Assembly (NCBI GenBank): GCA_050251945.1
Contig: JBFWLW010000002.1
Location: 288,001 to 352,000 of the forward strand
Direction of reading: 5' to 3'
DNA length: 64,000 bases
Source of the DNA: Deferribacterales bacterium
GTDB lineage: Bacteria; Chrysiogenota; Deferribacteres; Deferribacterales; Geovibrionaceae
A program made the translations under genes and the position numbers. The notes beneath the pieces are model-generated. The model searched no databases. It had not been told where the DNA came from and saw nothing but the letters and a program-made list of their open reading frames with translations. Shown here one piece after another: positions 1 through 10,398 of the stretch; the stretch's first letter is position 1; the number at the start of each line of letters is the position of its first letter.

Positions 1-126
1 GAAGACGGATGCATAACCGAACACAACGGGCGGGCGCTGTATTACGACGACGACCACCTTTCGGTCTACGGTGCGCAGTATGCAGTTCTTAAAGATAAAG
101 AGATAACAGCAGAGATGGTGAAATGA
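1..126 (+). CDS. 3' end of an acyltransferase-3/SGNH O-acyltransferase (partial, runs off the window)
   Basis: Frame 1 reads EDGCITEHNGRALYYDDDHLSVYGA...K*. This has the SGNH DxxH motif and resembles the C-terminus of the next gene (LYMDDNHLS). Its TGA overlaps the next ATG (ATGA). Confidence 0.8.
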   Translation, partial: EDGCITEHNGRALYYDDDHLSVYGAQYAVLKDKEITAEMVK

Positions 127-2096
127 GCCTTAAATACAGAAGCGACATAGACGGACTGCGCACTCTGGCAGTTATGCCCGTCATTTTTTATCACGCAGGG
201 ATAACCCTGTTCTCCGGCGGCTACGTCGGAGTGGATATCTTTTTCGTAATCTCCGGTTATCTGATAACCTCCATCATTGTCCGCGAACTGGACGAAGACA
301 AATTCACAATCGCAAACTTTTACGTCAGGCGTGTGAAACGTATCTTTCCGGCACTCTACTTTCTGCTGGCGTTCACGTTCATACTGTCTTTCTTTTCGCT
401 TATGCCAACACATTTTGAAGGTTTCGGCAAGAGTGTCGTCTCCACCGTGCTTTTCGGTTCAAACATCCTTTTCTGGCGGGAGAGCGGCTATTTTGACGCG
501 CAGGCGGAGACAAAACCCCTTCTCCACACATGGTCTCTGGGTGTCGAGGAACAGTTTTACATTTTTTTCCCCATTATGCTGATGCTCATTGCCCGATACG
601 GAAGCAAAAAATATGTCCGGTTTGCCCTGACGCTGTTCGTTCTGTCGTTCGGACTTTCAGTCTGGGGTACTAAGAACTATCCCGAAGCGGCTTTCTATCT
701 CATCCCCTTCCGCACATGGGAGCTGATGCTTGGCGCTCTCATAGCTCTGGGCTTCTTCCCGAAAACGGAAAAACCTGTATATCTGCATGCAATGTCCGTT
801 ACCGGCTTTCTGATGCTGTGTGCAAGCGTGTTCATGTTTGAAACCACAACGCCTTTCCCCGGCTATGCGGCACTTCTGCCGTGTGTCGGCACCGCGCTTA
901 TAATTATGGCGCAGGGCGGTGTGATAAACCGCATACTGAGCCTTAAGCCGTTCGTATGGATAGGGCTTCTGTCATATTCGCTCTATCTCTGGCACTGGCC
1001 TCTGTTCGCCCTTCGCAACTACTGGGAAAGCATCCATATTCCGGAATTCTATAAATCCGATGTATTTCTAATATTTTTAACCTTCGCTTTCTCTTCGTTT
1101 TCATATTATGTGGTTGAAAAGCCGCTCCGCGTTAAAAAAATACAGAACAAAAAAGTATTCTTCCGCTATGCCTATGCGGTTATGGCGGCGGGATGCATAA
1201 TAGGCGGCTATGTCATAGTTAAGAAAGGACTTCCCGAAAGAATACCTCCGCAGGCTGCGGCTTATGCAAAAACTGAAAAAGGGGCGTTCGAGATACCGCA
1301 ATGCTTCGGCATGGCTCCCGAAAAGATAACGCTGGACGGACTTTGCATCATGGGCGACAAACAGGTGAAACCGTCTTATATCCTCTGGGGTGATTCTCAC
1401 GCTATTGTCCTTGCGGACGGATTTGACGCATACGGAAAATCACACGGGATATCCGGTATTCTTGCGTCAAAGGCGGCATGTGCGCCGCTGCAGGGCGTAA
1501 CCCGCTCAACGAAGCCCAAGAACTTCAACTGTGTTGAATTCAACGACAAAATGATAGGACTTATACAGTCGGCAGACATAAAGAACGTACTCCTCAACGC
1601 CAGATGGCGTGCGGCATCCGCAGGGGATGCGCCTCACTTTTATATTAAGGACGATAAAACGATAAAATCGTCCAAAGACGAGAACTTCAAGGTGTTTGAA
1701 AGGGGACTTGCGCGCACTCTGGATGCTTTGAAAGGGAAGAACGTGTATTTTCTGATGGATAACCCCGACTTTCCCTATGATGTGCCGAGGGAACTTGCAA
1801 AACTCACCGTTCTGCAGAAATATCTTCCCGCTTTGGCTGAAAACTCCAACATTGGCATAACCCGCAGGGACTATGAACACGGAAACGAAAAAGTGCGAAA
1901 AATACTGAAAGAGCTTTCCGGCAGATATACTTTCACAACTGCGGAACTTGCGGACGGACTTTGTCCCGAAAAAAGCTGCATCGGAGAAAAAAATGGAGAG
2001 TCCCTGTACATGGACGACAACCATCTTTCCTGCGCAGGAGCGGTTTTAGCGATAGAAGGTATCGCACCTATGATTTCTAAAATAGCGTTTCAATAA
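123..2096 (+). CDS. OafA-like membrane O-acyltransferase (acyltransferase-3 + SGNH domain)
   Basis: YRSDIDGLR, GVDIFFVISGY, HTWSLGVEEQFY, SYSLYLWHWP; periplasmic GDSH and DDNHLS motifs. Confidence 0.93.
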   Translation: MSLKYRSDIDGLRTLAVMPVIFYHAGITLFSGGYVGVDIFFVISGYLITSIIVRELDEDKFTIANFYVRRVKRIFPALYFLLAFTFILSFFSLMPTHFEGFGKSVVSTVLFGSNILFWRESGYFDAQAETKPLLHTWSLGVEEQFYIFFPIMLMLIARYGSKKYVRFALTLFVLSFGLSVWGTKNYPEAAFYLIPFRTWELMLGALIALGFFPKTEKPVYLHAMSVTGFLMLCASVFMFETTTPFPGYAALLPCVGTALIIMAQGGVINRILSLKPFVWIGLLSYSLYLWHWPLFALRNYWESIHIPEFYKSDVFLIFLTFAFSSFSYYVVEKPLRVKKIQNKKVFFRYAYAVMAAGCIIGGYVIVKKGLPERIPPQAAAYAKTEKGAFEIPQCFGMAPEKITLDGLCIMGDKQVKPSYILWGDSHAIVLADGFDAYGKSHGISGILASKAACAPLQGVTRSTKPKNFNCVEFNDKMIGLIQSADIKNVLLNARWRAASAGDAPHFYIKDDKTIKSSKDENFKVFERGLARTLDALKGKNVYFLMDNPDFPYDVPRELAKLTVLQKYLPALAENSNIGITRRDYEHGNEKVRKILKELSGRYTFTTAELADGLCPEKSCIGEKNGESLYMDDNHLSCAGAVLAIEGIAPMISKIAFQ

Positions 2097-2179
2097 AATA
2101 TCTTGAAATTGTTTCGCGATAGAGTATAAGGAATGTGTCGGAATGTCTCAAATTTTTGAAATAGCCGGTGTAAAGGGAA

Positions 2180-3019
2180 ATGAAAGTCAGTGTAATCACT
2201 GTTGTTAAGAACAACGAAAAGACTATCAGGCAGGCGATTGAGTCTGCTATCAGTCAGCGAAACGTCGATCTTGAGTACATCGTCATAGACGGAAAGTCCA
2301 CTGACAAAACCCTCAGGATAATCAAAGAGTACAAAAACAGGATATCCGTTCTTATCTCAGAGAAAGATAAAAACCTGTACCATGCACTGAACAAGGCTGT
2401 TAAGCTTGCCACTGGAGATATCATTGCGATACTCCACTCCGACGATGTTTACGCCAGCGATACAGTACTTTCCGACGTTGTGAAATGTTTTGAAGACACA
2501 AACTGCTCAACAGTTTACGGCGACCTAGCAATCGTCCGACACGACGATTCCGACAGACTTGTCAGATACTGGAAAAGCGGCAGATTCAGCAAAGCCAAGC
2601 TTTATATGGGCTGGATGCCTCCGCATCCTTCCTTTTTCGTTAAGCGTGAGCTTTATCAGAAATACGGGCTTTTCGATACAAATTTCAAAATCTCCGCAGA
2701 CTATGACCTTATACTGCGCATAATGAACAACGAGGGTGTGAGATCGTGCTATCTGCCAAAACTCCTCGTTAAAATGAGAGCAGGCGGCGCAAGCAACAAC
2801 ACCCCGAAAAACCTCATCAGAAAGATGAAAGACGACTATCAGGTTGTTAAGAAGCACAGACTCGGCGGGCTTTTCACTGTTGTTATGAAAAAAATAATTA
2901 AGATGCACCAGTATCTTGTGCCGGACGCTGTGTTCCCTTTCAGAAAGATACCGGCAGACGTTTTCGCACAGAACCATATGGCAAAAGCAAGCTTTATATC
3001 GGGCAAAACCGTAAGATAA
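2180..3019 (+). CDS. Glycosyltransferase family 2 (WcaE-like)
   Basis: KVSVIT, IDGKSTD, LHSDD, PPHPSFF, ISADYD, KMRAGG motifs. Confidence 0.9.
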   Translation: MKVSVITVVKNNEKTIRQAIESAISQRNVDLEYIVIDGKSTDKTLRIIKEYKNRISVLISEKDKNLYHALNKAVKLATGDIIAILHSDDVYASDTVLSDVVKCFEDTNCSTVYGDLAIVRHDDSDRLVRYWKSGRFSKAKLYMGWMPPHPSFFVKRELYQKYGLFDTNFKISADYDLILRIMNNEGVRSCYLPKLLVKMRAGGASNNTPKNLIRKMKDDYQVVKKHRLGGLFTVVMKKIIKMHQYLVPDAVFPFRKIPADVFAQNHMAKASFISGKTVR

Positions 3020-3021
3020 TC

Positions 3022-4593
3022 TTAGATTATATCCTTTACGCCATCAGGATTTTTGTGTGCAATAACATACATGAATGCCGTTTTGAAAGGGATATAGAAA
3101 AGCAGACTGACTGCTACCGCCATTATATATTCCCATAATCCTCTTTTACTCAGCACCCCTATGGCTATCACCATGAAAAAATTCAACAGATCAAAAGGAA
3201 CAAATATCCGCGTCACACGGCGCATACGCGGAAACATCAGAACGCTTATAACCGCGCCGCAGGTCGCAAGAACAGCAAAACCGTCTTTATCCGCGAAATA
3301 CGCAGCCGCAAAGAATAGCCAGTAAGCTCCCAGACACGAATAAAACAATTCACTTTCACTGCTGACTCTGTAAATGAAAAGCACTGAAAATATTATACAG
3401 AACAACAGAACAGCTGTAAGCCCTATCCGGGGGTAAGCACCGGTTCTGTAAAAAAAGAACATTGAAAAGACCGTGCTGAAAAATAACACTGCGATACTGA
3501 TCTTCAGACCAAACGCACTGGACTTCATCTGTGCTATGCACTCCAGCCTGCGTTTCTGAAGCATCCTGCTGTTGATATCGCCGATCAGTTTGCCGATATC
3601 TGCAAAATTGAGCAGTTTTATCATAAGCAGAAATATGTAAAGTATCACAACCGCCAACAGCACCATGTATAGCTTCTGGTCGCGGAAAAACAGAAGCGCA
3701 ACAGCAGAAAGTATTATGGAAAGAGCGTAGAAGATCATAAGTGTCTGTCCGGCGCTGAGATTCAGATCCAGCAGTTTATGATGAAGATGTTCCCTGTCCG
3801 CCTTCATAGGGTTCTGGAAGCGCAGAAGTCTTCTGATTATAGCCAGAAAAGTATCAAACAGCGGGATAAGTATAAAAAGTGTAGGCATAAGAACCGACAT
3901 AATGGTATTGGTTTTAAATGAAGATGACAGTGAAATAACGGCAATATTGAAGCCGAGAAACAGACTGCCCGTGTCTCCCATGAAAACCGACGCTTTCGGC
4001 AGATTATATCGCAAGAAGCCCAGTATGCCGCCCAGAAAAGCCATAGATATCATAAAATTCATATTGTTATCCGCGAATGACGCAACCATCAGCGAACCGA
4101 ACGCCATGAACGAGATGCCGCCTGCAAGCCCGTCAACGCCGTCAATAAGATTAACCGCGTTTGTCACAAGCGCTATCCAGAAATATGTGAGAAGAACCAT
4201 AACAATGTCGTTATTAAGCCATGTAAGCCAGGGAACGGAAAATTCAAACCGGACTCCCATGAAAAAGATCACGACAGTCGCCGCAAGCGCCTGAAAGAAT
4301 AATTTCTGAAAAGCTCCGGCTCCCCTACTGTCGTCGTAAACGCCTATAAATATTATGAAAAGATTTGCAGCCGCCAGATACAGATATTCAATATCCGGCT
4401 TGCAGAATATGAGAATGGAAATAAATACGCCCGATATAATACCCATTCCGCCGAGTCTGGGAGTGTGTCCGGAATGTATCTTCCTTTCGTCAGGAATATC
4501 TATAATGCCAAGCCTGACAGCGAGATCCGTAAATAGAGGTACTGTCAGAATACTTATCAGAAAAGAAAAGAGGAGAATGTTTAAACCGTTCAT
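3022..4593 (-). CDS. MraY/WecA-family undecaprenyl-phosphate GlcNAc-1-P transferase with extended C-terminal membrane region
   Basis: RKIH..TPRLGG, YDD, NAVNLIDGVDGLA, FMGDTGS, ADREHLHH. Confidence 0.9.
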   Translation of the reverse strand: MNGLNILLFSFLISILTVPLFTDLAVRLGIIDIPDERKIHSGHTPRLGGMGIISGVFISILIFCKPDIEYLYLAAANLFIIFIGVYDDSRGAGAFQKLFFQALAATVVIFFMGVRFEFSVPWLTWLNNDIVMVLLTYFWIALVTNAVNLIDGVDGLAGGISFMAFGSLMVASFADNNMNFMISMAFLGGILGFLRYNLPKASVFMGDTGSLFLGFNIAVISLSSSFKTNTIMSVLMPTLFILIPLFDTFLAIIRRLLRFQNPMKADREHLHHKLLDLNLSAGQTLMIFYALSIILSAVALLFFRDQKLYMVLLAVVILYIFLLMIKLLNFADIGKLIGDINSRMLQKRRLECIAQMKSSAFGLKISIAVLFFSTVFSMFFFYRTGAYPRIGLTAVLLFCIIFSVLFIYRVSSESELFYSCLGAYWLFFAAAYFADKDGFAVLATCGAVISVLMFPRMRRVTRIFVPFDLLNFFMVIAIGVLSKRGLWEYIMAVAVSLLFYIPFKTAFMYVIAHKNPDGVKDII

Positions 4594-4659
4594 ACCTGTC
4601 CGTAGCTATGAAAAACTTAAACAATAATACCGCTTTATATCAGTTTTGTACAGCAGATT

Positions 4660-5550
4660 TCAGCAAATTCCAAACAGAGCCTTTACTCCGCGGCTTCTGG
4701 AGACATGTCCCATGATATTGTAAACAAGCTGGGCAGCAGTGAAATCGGCACTGTGCATACCGCCCATAGGTGCATACTCAAGAACATCGAACCCTATGCA
4801 GGTGCGCTGTCTGACAATGCTGTCAATGAGCCGCATGGACTGGTACCATGTCAGTCCGCCGGGAACAGGAGTGCCTGTGGCGGGCATAATTGATGAATCC
4901 AGCGCGTCTATATCAAATGTGATGAATACCTTTTCGGGAAAATCATCAGGCAGGCGAAAAGCGTCGGTACCTTCTCGGTCAATATCTTCCGCGTCCATGA
5001 ACGGAATGTTGTAATGAAGGCGGATCTGGTGTTCTTCCAGACAATAGCTTCTGGTACCAAGCTGATATATGGGGATACCCTTATCTATGGTGCGTTTCAT
5101 AACACAGGCATGGCTGTATTTTGATCCTTCGTAGCTTTCGCGAAGATCGGCATGGGCATCAAACTGCACAACACCGAAATCCTTGCCGTATTTTGCAATG
5201 AGCGCGTCAATTACCCCGTTGGTAACGGTATGCTCGCCGCCGAGAACAACGGGCATCTTTCCGCAGAGCATACATTTAAGCACAGCATCCTTTATGTTTG
5301 CCAGCGCCTCTTCATGCCTGCCTGAACAATCCACAGGCTCATATGTGCAGATACCGTACTGGGCGGGAGTGCTCTTCCCGTCAAAAACTTCAAGCTGGCA
5401 GGATGCCGAAAGTATGGCATCCGGTCCGGCAGCTGTGCCGGAACCGTATGAAACTGATTTTTCATACGGCACGGGAATAACGTGAAAAAGCGCCTCTTCC
5501 GGCTTTGACAGGGGTACGTCGTCCCCGTGGAAAGTTACAAATTCGCTCAT
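4660..5550 (-). CDS. speB: Agmatinase
   Basis: GGEHTV, DAHADL, SHAC, DIDALD, ATGTPVPGG ureohydrolase motifs; polyamine operon context. Confidence 0.93.
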   Translation of the reverse strand: MSEFVTFHGDDVPLSKPEEALFHVIPVPYEKSVSYGSGTAAGPDAILSASCQLEVFDGKSTPAQYGICTYEPVDCSGRHEEALANIKDAVLKCMLCGKMPVVLGGEHTVTNGVIDALIAKYGKDFGVVQFDAHADLRESYEGSKYSHACVMKRTIDKGIPIYQLGTRSYCLEEHQIRLHYNIPFMDAEDIDREGTDAFRLPDDFPEKVFITFDIDALDSSIMPATGTPVPGGLTWYQSMRLIDSIVRQRTCIGFDVLEYAPMGGMHSADFTAAQLVYNIMGHVSRSRGVKALFGIC

Positions 5551-6719
5551 GACAACCTGTTCTTATAATCTTCGTAACCGAACCTGCGCACCACTTCCAG
5601 CGTTCCTTTTTCAAGGCTGAAAACCGTGATGTCCGGCAGTTCGACACCGTTAAAATTAGTATTTTTTACAAACGAGTAAAGCGCCATGTCCGTGAAAACA
5701 AGCCTGTCGCCGACCTTAGGTCTTTCTGGAAACGAATATGTTCCTATGAAATCTCCGGCAAGACATGAGATGCAGCCTATTTTACAGTCATAAGCAAATT
5801 TGCCCGCCTGACCCGCGCCTATAAGCACCGGACGGTAAGGCATGGCAAGAACGTCTGGCATATGCGTCTCAGCGGATGAATCCGCAATGGCTATGTCCAC
5901 GCCGTTGTGTATCACATCTAGAACCTGGGTAACGAACACTCCGGCATTAAGAATAACCGCCTCGCCCGGCTCCAGATATACCTGTATGCCGTTGTATCGT
6001 CTTCTGAAATCGGTCACAGTTTCACAGAGCAGTTCCACATCGTAATCTGAACGGGTGATGTGGTGTCCGCCTCCGAAATTCACCCATTTCATCTGCCTGA
6101 TAAGATGTCCGTAACGATTTTCAAAACTCGCCAGAACACGGGTAAGAACGTCCGCGTTCTGTTCGCACATAGCATGAAAATGCAGTCCGGTGATACCTGT
6201 CAGATCAACGCCCTCAAGGTCTTCAGGATTAACGCCGAATCTCGACCCCGGCAGACACGGATTATAAAGATCAACCTCAACTTCGGCATGTCCGGGATTG
6301 ACCCGCAGACCGACCTCGATCCTTCTGCCGGAAGCCTCGATGGCATCTCTGTGCGCATGCCACTGGCTTATTGAATTGAAAACTATATGGTCGCTGAACG
6401 CAATGGTGCGCTCCATCTGTTTTTTTGTGAAAGCGGGCGAATAGGTATGCACCTCGCGTCCGAATTCCTCACGCCCCATCTGTGCCTCTATTGGTCCGCT
6501 GGCGCATACCCCATGAAGGTACTGCGATATAAGCGGAAAAACTTTTGGCAGAGCAAACGCCTTCATGGCAAGAAGTATCTTAGCCCCCGTGCGCTTCTGT
6601 ACGCTGTCCAGAAGTTCGCAGTTGCGGCGTATCACATCTTCGCTTATCAGGTAACAGGGTGTGTCCACCCTGTCGGTTATTTCTTTCGGAAAATCCGATA
6701 TAATAAGCTGACTAATCAT
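5547..6719 (-). CDS. nspC: Carboxy(nor)spermidine decarboxylase
   Basis: TPCY, LLAMKAF, LYNPC..SRFG, HFHAMCE, GGGHHIT, LEPGEA, HMPDVL, SCLAGD. Confidence 0.93.
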   Translation of the reverse strand: MISQLIISDFPKEITDRVDTPCYLISEDVIRRNCELLDSVQKRTGAKILLAMKAFALPKVFPLISQYLHGVCASGPIEAQMGREEFGREVHTYSPAFTKKQMERTIAFSDHIVFNSISQWHAHRDAIEASGRRIEVGLRVNPGHAEVEVDLYNPCLPGSRFGVNPEDLEGVDLTGITGLHFHAMCEQNADVLTRVLASFENRYGHLIRQMKWVNFGGGHHITRSDYDVELLCETVTDFRRRYNGIQVYLEPGEAVILNAGVFVTQVLDVIHNGVDIAIADSSAETHMPDVLAMPYRPVLIGAGQAGKFAYDCKIGCISCLAGDFIGTYSFPERPKVGDRLVFTDMALYSFVKNTNFNGVELPDITVFSLEKGTLEVVRRFGYEDYKNRLS

Positions 6720-7936
6720 TATACGGGGAGTTCGCCGTCAAAGTCCACAACCTGCCAGGGCAGACCGCACCTGTTCAGCTCATCCATAAAGGTATCCGGG
6801 TCGAGCTGTTCAACGTTGAAAACGCCTTCACCCTTCCATATTCCTTTCAGCATCATCATTGCGCCTATCATAGCGGGAACACCTGTGGTGTATGAAACAG
6901 CCTGCGCCTGAACCTCAAGGTAGCACTCTGCGTGGTCGCATACGTTATAGATATATTTCTTAAATCTTCTGCCGTCCTTTTCGCCGTCAAATATACAGCC
7001 GATAACAGCTTTACCGGTATAGTTAGTTCCCAGACTGCCGGGGTCGGGAAGAAGTGCCTTGAGAAACTGGAGGGGTATTATTTTGACACCGTTGTACTCC
7101 ACTTCGTCTATGCGGGTCATGCCAACGTTCTCAAGAACCTTAAGGTGCGTGATGTAATTCTGTGAAAAAGTCATCCAGAAGCGTATCTGTTTCAGACCTT
7201 TTATGTGCTTAACGATTGATTCCATCTCTTCGTGATAGAGCAGATAACTCTCTTTAACACCCGCCTGCGGATAGTCAAAGGGAAAATGAACGCATTTGTC
7301 GTCAAGTATAGCAGGGGTTTCAACCCATTTGCCCTCTTTCCAATGGCGGACAACCTGGGTAACCTCGCGGATGTTTATCTCAGGGTTGAAGTTTGTTGCA
7401 AAAGGGTGACCATGGTCGCCCGCGTTGCAGTCGAGGATATCTATGGTCTCAATGCTGTCAAATATGTGTTTCTGTGCGTATGCGCAGAAGATGTTTGTAA
7501 CTCCGGGGTCAAACCCGCATCCGAGAACTGCCATCAGCCCTTTCTCTTTGAATCTGTCCTGATAAGCCCACTGCCATGAATATTCAAAGTGAGCGGTATC
7601 CTTGGGTTCATAGTTTGCGGTGTCCATGTAATTAACGCCGGTTTCAAGACAGGCGTCCATTATTGTAAGATCCTGATAAGGAAGCGCAACGTTAAGCACA
7701 AGTTCGGGTTTAACGCTGTTGATAACTTTTACAAGGTCTGCAACGTCGTCCGCATCCACAGCGTAAGTGGAGACGTTCACTCCGTAAAGGTCTTTCACCT
7801 CTTTGGCTATCTGGTCGCATTTTGATTTGGTGCGGCTTGCAAGATGTATATCTGAAAATACGTCCGCATGCTGTGCGCACTTTTTAACAACAACGTTACC
7901 GACGCCGCCGGCGCCTATTATAAGAATTTTTGACAT
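6719..7936 (-). CDS. Carboxy(nor)spermidine dehydrogenase/synthase (saccharopine dehydrogenase family)
   Basis: IIGAGGVG, NVALPYQDL, DTANYEP, GFDPGVT, FATNFNPEINIRE. Start moved to ATG 7936 behind a GGAGA RBS. Confidence 0.92.
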   Translation of the reverse strand: MSKILIIGAGGVGNVVVKKCAQHADVFSDIHLASRTKSKCDQIAKEVKDLYGVNVSTYAVDADDVADLVKVINSVKPELVLNVALPYQDLTIMDACLETGVNYMDTANYEPKDTAHFEYSWQWAYQDRFKEKGLMAVLGCGFDPGVTNIFCAYAQKHIFDSIETIDILDCNAGDHGHPFATNFNPEINIREVTQVVRHWKEGKWVETPAILDDKCVHFPFDYPQAGVKESYLLYHEEMESIVKHIKGLKQIRFWMTFSQNYITHLKVLENVGMTRIDEVEYNGVKIIPLQFLKALLPDPGSLGTNYTGKAVIGCIFDGEKDGRRFKKYIYNVCDHAECYLEVQAQAVSYTTGVPAMIGAMMMLKGIWKGEGVFNVEQLDPDTFMDELNRCGLPWQVVDFDGELPV

Positions 7937-8093
7937 TATATATTCTCCATAAAATTTTCTGTTTATTTTCAACTCCAATCCCACGGAAACAAATCAGGTT
8001 TCAGGAAGAAACCCGCCTGCGTGAGCGAAGGGAGGCTATAACGACCGGAGCGTATACAAGTTTTTCCTACGGATGGGAAAAACTTGCAGCTAA

Positions 8094-10019
8094 TCAGTCT
8101 TTCTCGAAATATGTATACCCGCGAAGACCTTCGTCAAATCCGTTGAGAATGTCCTTGCGTTCCTTACCGGAGATGAAGCCCTGCTGGACAGCGTCTTCCG
8201 CTATCTTTTTAAGTCTGTGCTTCATTGCCTTAACATCGTATTCAACATATGAAAGCACGTCCGCCACTGAATCCCCCTCAAGCTCGCGTACCACCTGATA
8301 AGAACCGTCCAGATTCACATTGATGGACACGACGTTAGTATCGCCGAACAGGTTGTGCAGGTCGCCCAGCGTCTCCTGATACGCACCGACGAGGAACACG
8401 CCGAGATAATACTCTTCGCTGTCTTTAAGGTCGTGCAGAAGAATTGCGTTCTTGTCGTGGGAATAGTCGGGGAAATTATCTATCTTCCCGTCGCAGTCGC
8501 AGGTTATGTCAGAAATTATAGCCGGACGGGTGGGAGCCTCGTTCAGCCTGTGGATAGGCATAACAGGGAAAATCTGGTTTATCGCCCAGACGTCGGGAAG
8601 CGACTGGAACAAGGAAAAGTTTCCGTAATATATATCGTAAAGCAGCTTGTCTATATCCTGAACGTCCTTGGGAACGTGGGTCATAGTTCTCGCTGTGGAA
8701 GAAATCTTCATAAGTATATGGCGGACAAGGTTTTCAGCCATAGCACGCTGGCGCAGGGTTATCTGTCCGTGCTTGAAAAGCTGTTTCGCCTGATTTCTGT
8801 AAAACAGGGCATCGTTACAGCTCTCCTGTATGCTTCTGGGCGATACGTCGTTGTAAGTCACCAGCAGATTGTCGAGCAGACCACCGTTGCATTTCGGAAG
8901 CTCGTCGGGAATAGCGTGCGGTACAAAGGTTGACACATCCAAAACATTGAACAGCAATACCGAATAATAAGCAACAGTTACACGACCGGACTCTGTAATT
9001 ATGATCGGATGAGGAATCCCTTTTTTGCCTATTACGTTTATTATGGATTCCACCACGTCGTAGCAGTATTCCTCAACTGAATAGTTGCGGCTTGAGTGAT
9101 AGTTGGTGCTTGATCCGTCGTAATCCACCGCAAGACCGCCGCCGAAGTCGATGAATCCCATGGGTGCGCCCTCGTTCACCAGTTCTTCGTAAATGCGGCA
9201 TGCTTCCAGAGCGCCCGCGCGGATATCGCGGATGTTCGGAATCTGCGAACCTATATGATAATGAAGGAGTTTCAGGCAATCCAGCTTGTTTTCCTCTTTC
9301 AGTCTGTCAAGAACGTCGACCATCTGGCTGATGTTCAGTCCGAAAACGCTGTTGTCGCCGCCGGATTCCGACCACTGACCCTCTGCCTGTGTGGAAAGCT
9401 TTCCTCTCAGTCCCAGCAGGGGGCGCACTTTAAGCTTTTTCGCCCGCTCAAGGATAAGATCCACCTCGCCCGGCACCTCTATAACAAAGAAACACTGATA
9501 GCCCATTTTGACTGCATTGAGACCAAGATCAATAAACTCTTCGTCTTTGTATCCGTTGCATATAAGACATGCATCACGGTTTTGCAGCATGCTTATCGCA
9601 GCAAGCAGTTCCGGTTTGCTGCCCGCCTCAAGTCCGTGGTTGAACTCTTTGCCGAACTCGGATATCGCCTCGATAACCTGTTCCTGCTGATTTACCTTAA
9701 TAGGAAAAACGCCCTTGTATTGCCCCTGATATCCGGTTTCGTCTATTACCTTGCGGAACGTCTGATGCAGAAGCTTTATCTGTGACCCCAGAATATTCTC
9801 GATACGCAGGATAACGGGCATACTCATACCCCGTTCTTCAATCTCCTGAACAATATCATAAAGGCTGATACGCGCTCCGTTGTCCTTTCCGAAAGGCGTA
9901 ACGGTCACATCTCCAAGCGGATTTATTGAAAAATAATCCGCACCCCATTTGTTGATTCCGTAAAGCTCTTCGGAATCCTGTATAGTCCAGTTTTTACATT
10001 TTTCAGGGTCACGCCACAT
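8094..10019 (-). CDS. speA: Biosynthetic arginine decarboxylase
   Basis: FPIKVNQ, GLEAGSKPEL, CNGYKD, HIGSQI, GGGLAVDYDG, DITCDCDG, GAYQETLGDLHNLFG. Start taken at ATG 10019 behind GGGAG. Confidence 0.95.
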   Translation of the reverse strand: MWRDPEKCKNWTIQDSEELYGINKWGADYFSINPLGDVTVTPFGKDNGARISLYDIVQEIEERGMSMPVILRIENILGSQIKLLHQTFRKVIDETGYQGQYKGVFPIKVNQQEQVIEAISEFGKEFNHGLEAGSKPELLAAISMLQNRDACLICNGYKDEEFIDLGLNAVKMGYQCFFVIEVPGEVDLILERAKKLKVRPLLGLRGKLSTQAEGQWSESGGDNSVFGLNISQMVDVLDRLKEENKLDCLKLLHYHIGSQIPNIRDIRAGALEACRIYEELVNEGAPMGFIDFGGGLAVDYDGSSTNYHSSRNYSVEEYCYDVVESIINVIGKKGIPHPIIITESGRVTVAYYSVLLFNVLDVSTFVPHAIPDELPKCNGGLLDNLLVTYNDVSPRSIQESCNDALFYRNQAKQLFKHGQITLRQRAMAENLVRHILMKISSTARTMTHVPKDVQDIDKLLYDIYYGNFSLFQSLPDVWAINQIFPVMPIHRLNEAPTRPAIISDITCDCDGKIDNFPDYSHDKNAILLHDLKDSEEYYLGVFLVGAYQETLGDLHNLFGDTNVVSINVNLDGSYQVVRELEGDSVADVLSYVEYDVKAMKHRLKKIAEDAVQQGFISGKERKDILNGFDEGLRGYTYFEKD

Positions 10020-10324
10020 TAGCAAACTCCCGCCGTTTATCTTAAGACAGGAAAATCTACGGAAAAACATTCAGGATGTCAACATAATACTATCACTTAA
10101 TCGTGATTTTTCATTATAATTATAACATTGCCGTCCAAAAAACACAAAAAAACAGGAAAACATATGATTGCCCGACTTATCATATTAAGTCTTTGATAAA
10201 CAATATATTATGTTTCAGTTTTACAGTTTTCTGACATAGAATACATCTTAATTTTACAGAATAAGCCGCTATTTTGCTTAAAAAACTGCTGATTATCGGC
10301 TATTAATAGTCGGCTTTTTGAAAA

Positions 10325-10343
10325 CTGTGCAGAATCTGCACAG
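10325..10343. promoter_or_regulatory. Palindrome CTGTGCAG-AAT-CTGCACAG, candidate regulator binding site
   Basis: Perfect 8-bp inverted arms in the AT-rich divergent intergenic region before the sensor kinase. Confidence 0.5.
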
Positions 10344-10398
10344 CAGATGGCAAATTTTACCAATGTAAATTTTTGACACTGTGGTGTATTATTCTTTT

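Noticed and set aside
10348..10365. Sigma54 promoter (TGGCA) before the sensor kinase
   Set aside because: No GC at the -12 position ten bases after the GG.
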